Source of the DNA: Lama guanicoe
Taxonomy: Eukaryota
Assembly: GCA_013239625.1 (NCBI GenBank)
Contig: MU054049.1
Coordinates: 2,297,892-2,361,891, forward strand
Reading direction: 5' to 3'
DNA length: 64,000 nt
The position numbers and the translations under genes were made by a program. Positions 61,801 through 64,000 of this stretch are shown one piece after another (the first letter of the stretch is position 1; each line of letters opens with the position of its first letter). A model generated the notes under the pieces. The model was not told the origin of the DNA, did no database searches, and saw only the letters and a program-made list of their open reading frames with translations.

Positions 61801-62829
61801 TAACAAATTTTGGAAGAAAAGGGGGACAGAGCTAAAGATAATTTTGAGGCTGGGCTGCAATCAGTGGTTTCAGTGGGGATTTCTCAACCACTGGGCAGCA
61901 GTAGGACCCTGAGAGTGGGGAGGGGAAAGATAAGGAACTAGGAGATGAGACATGCTTTTACAAGTCAGAAAAGTTAAAAAAATAAAAGCTACTACTGGTC
62001 TATGGCAAGTACTAGCGAAATGTGTATCCAGCACATGCATGTATCATGAAGACTGGTTAAAGATTTTTGAAGAGAAATTTGTCAATATATACAAATAACT
62101 TAATGCTATTTGGTTTAGTAATTTCATTTCTGGGCATCTATCCTGAGGAAATACTTAATAATGCATAAAAAAATCTGCAGATAGGTTTTCACATTGTTTA
62201 TAAGAATAAAAAATTAGAAGCCTCCCAAATGTCCAGTAGGGCTGATGTTTAAGTAAAGAATGATGCATTCATACAATGAAATTATATAAATTATATAAAA
62301 TTGCATAAAAACTAGAATACTGTTTGTAAAAATATGGGGACACAATTCTGCTATACGTCTAAGGGGAAACAAGGAGGCTGTCAAGTCGTATATACAGTAT
62401 AATCCCAAATACATAAAGTGAAAATGGATGGATTACAAGCATGTCTGCTTCCCCATTATTCCACTTCTCTTGCTTTACTGGATTGAGAAAAAACTCTGGC
62501 ATATTTCATATTCCTTGTAAGAATCTGAACTGTAGAGGGATATGTGGGAAGTATAACAGTCATCACTCCCCCAAAACTCCCTCTCCGCCCCCACAGCCCA
62601 AGCTGACTGTTACACAGATTCCTTCTATTCCTTTCTCTTGGAGTCTTAATCTCAAATGTCTCCAGAGGCCAGAGTAGGTGAAAGATGCTTTATCAGGTGT
62701 TAAGACTGGGCAAAGCTGGAGAATCAAAGCCCTGTTTACCCAGAATTCCACAATGACCCATGAATCACATTTACAGGCTGGATATAGCCCATGGATCATT
62801 TTCCCAGATGAACCACAGCAGATCATGTA

Positions 62830-64000
62830 TTATTATTTTTAAAAACGGCTATATTGAGATAAAATTTGCATACAGTAAAATTCACCCCTTATAAGTATCC
62901 AATGACAAGGTTTTTCATGTATTTACAGAATTATGCAACCATCACCATAATCTGACTTTGGAATATTTTCACCCCCCAAAAGAAACTGTACCATTAATAG
63001 TCACTCCGCATGTCTCATCTCCAACTTTCAGCCCTAGGCAACCACTGATCTACTAAATGTGTGTCCACAGACTTGCCTATTCTGGGCATTTCCTATAAAT
63101 AAAATCACACAATAGGTAGCCCTTTTAGAAATGACCTTTTCATTTAGCATAATGTTTCTGAGGTTCATCCATGGTTTAGCACGTATCCACAGTTCATTCC
63201 TTTTTAATGCCAAATAATATTTCAGTGTATGGATATATGGCATTTTATTTATCCATTCATCAGTGAATGGAATTTAGGTTGTTTCCAGTTTTTGGCTCTT
63301 ATGGATAATGTTGTTATAAATATTTGTGCACAAGTTTGTGTGTGTGTGTATGTGTGTGTGTGTAGAAATATTTCATCACTCTGGTGTAGATACCTAGGAG
63401 TATATGTGCTAAACTGTTTTCCAAAGTGGCTGCATCATTTTACATTCCACCAGCAATATATGATGGTTCCAGATTCTCCACGTGCTTTGCAACACTTGCT
63501 ATTAAGTCTTTTTAATTCTACCCATCCCGGTGTGTGTAAAGTGGTATTTCACTGTGCTTTCAATTTGCAGTTTCCTGATGACAAATGGTTTTGAGCCTCT
63601 TTTCATGTGCTTATTGGCCATTCATATATTCCCTCTGGAGAAGTGTTTATCTATTCATTTTTGTGGCCAAAATATATTCCATTATAATGGAATAGATACA
63701 CCATTGACATTCGTCACTTCACGAATATTTGGGTTGTATTCATCTTTTGGTTATTATGGCGAACACTGCTATAAACGTTCATGTTTTTGTGTTGACATGT
63801 TTTCATTTCTCTTACGTATATGCCTAGGTATGGAATTGCTGATCATATGGTTACTCTCTGTTTAATAGTTTGAGGAACTATCAGACTGCTTTCCTAAGCA
63901 ACTGTACCATTTCTACATTCCCACCAGCATTGTGTGAGGGTTCTGATTTCTCCACATTCTCACCACCACTTGTGACTTTCTGATTCCAGCCATCCTAGCA
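62830..64000 (-). mobile_element. L1M-type 3' end fragments running off the window end
   Basis: Contains tattgagataaaatttgcatacagtaaaattcaccc, ctaggcaaccactgatctact and cattcccaccagcattgtgtgagggttc motifs. Confidence 0.8.

Noticed and set aside
53413..64000. ALOX5 exons 1-3 and promoter
   Set aside because: No matching sequence found; this stretch is repeat-rich intron 3, so the gene continues beyond the window rather than being truncated.

Overview
Mammalian genomic DNA, most likely a camelid (alpaca/camel), judged from several Vic-1-like tRNA-derived SINEs. Two convergent (tail-to-tail) genes are present, both lacking their 5' exons. On the + strand is the 3' part of MARCHF8 (RING-CH E3 ligase): exons 7568-7650, an 846-nt in-frame cassette exon 7883-8728, 10178-10358, 12253-12400 and 12820-13124, followed by a ~3.3-kb 3'UTR. 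On the - strand are ALOX5 (arachidonate 5-lipoxygenase) exons 4-14 (53412 down to the stop at 29818). All introns are GT-AG, the frame is intact, and the iron ligands and specificity residues are conserved. The gap between the genes holds a full-length but decayed ~6.9-kb LINE-1 with an 11-bp target-site duplication (TSD), nested inside an older L1. The rest is intronic DNA with L1, L2, MIR, MLT and MER fragments. I found no convincing novel biological system. The most interesting signals are the CpG-rich MARCHF8 cassette exon, a divergent set of CTCF motifs at the gene boundary, an L2-derived ALOX5 poly(A) signal, substitutions at ALOX5 regulatory residues, a promoter-like motif cluster in ALOX5 intron 6, and an unexplained 47-bp direct repeat. 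Comparisons with human proteins and repeat consensuses are from memory and need alignment to confirm.
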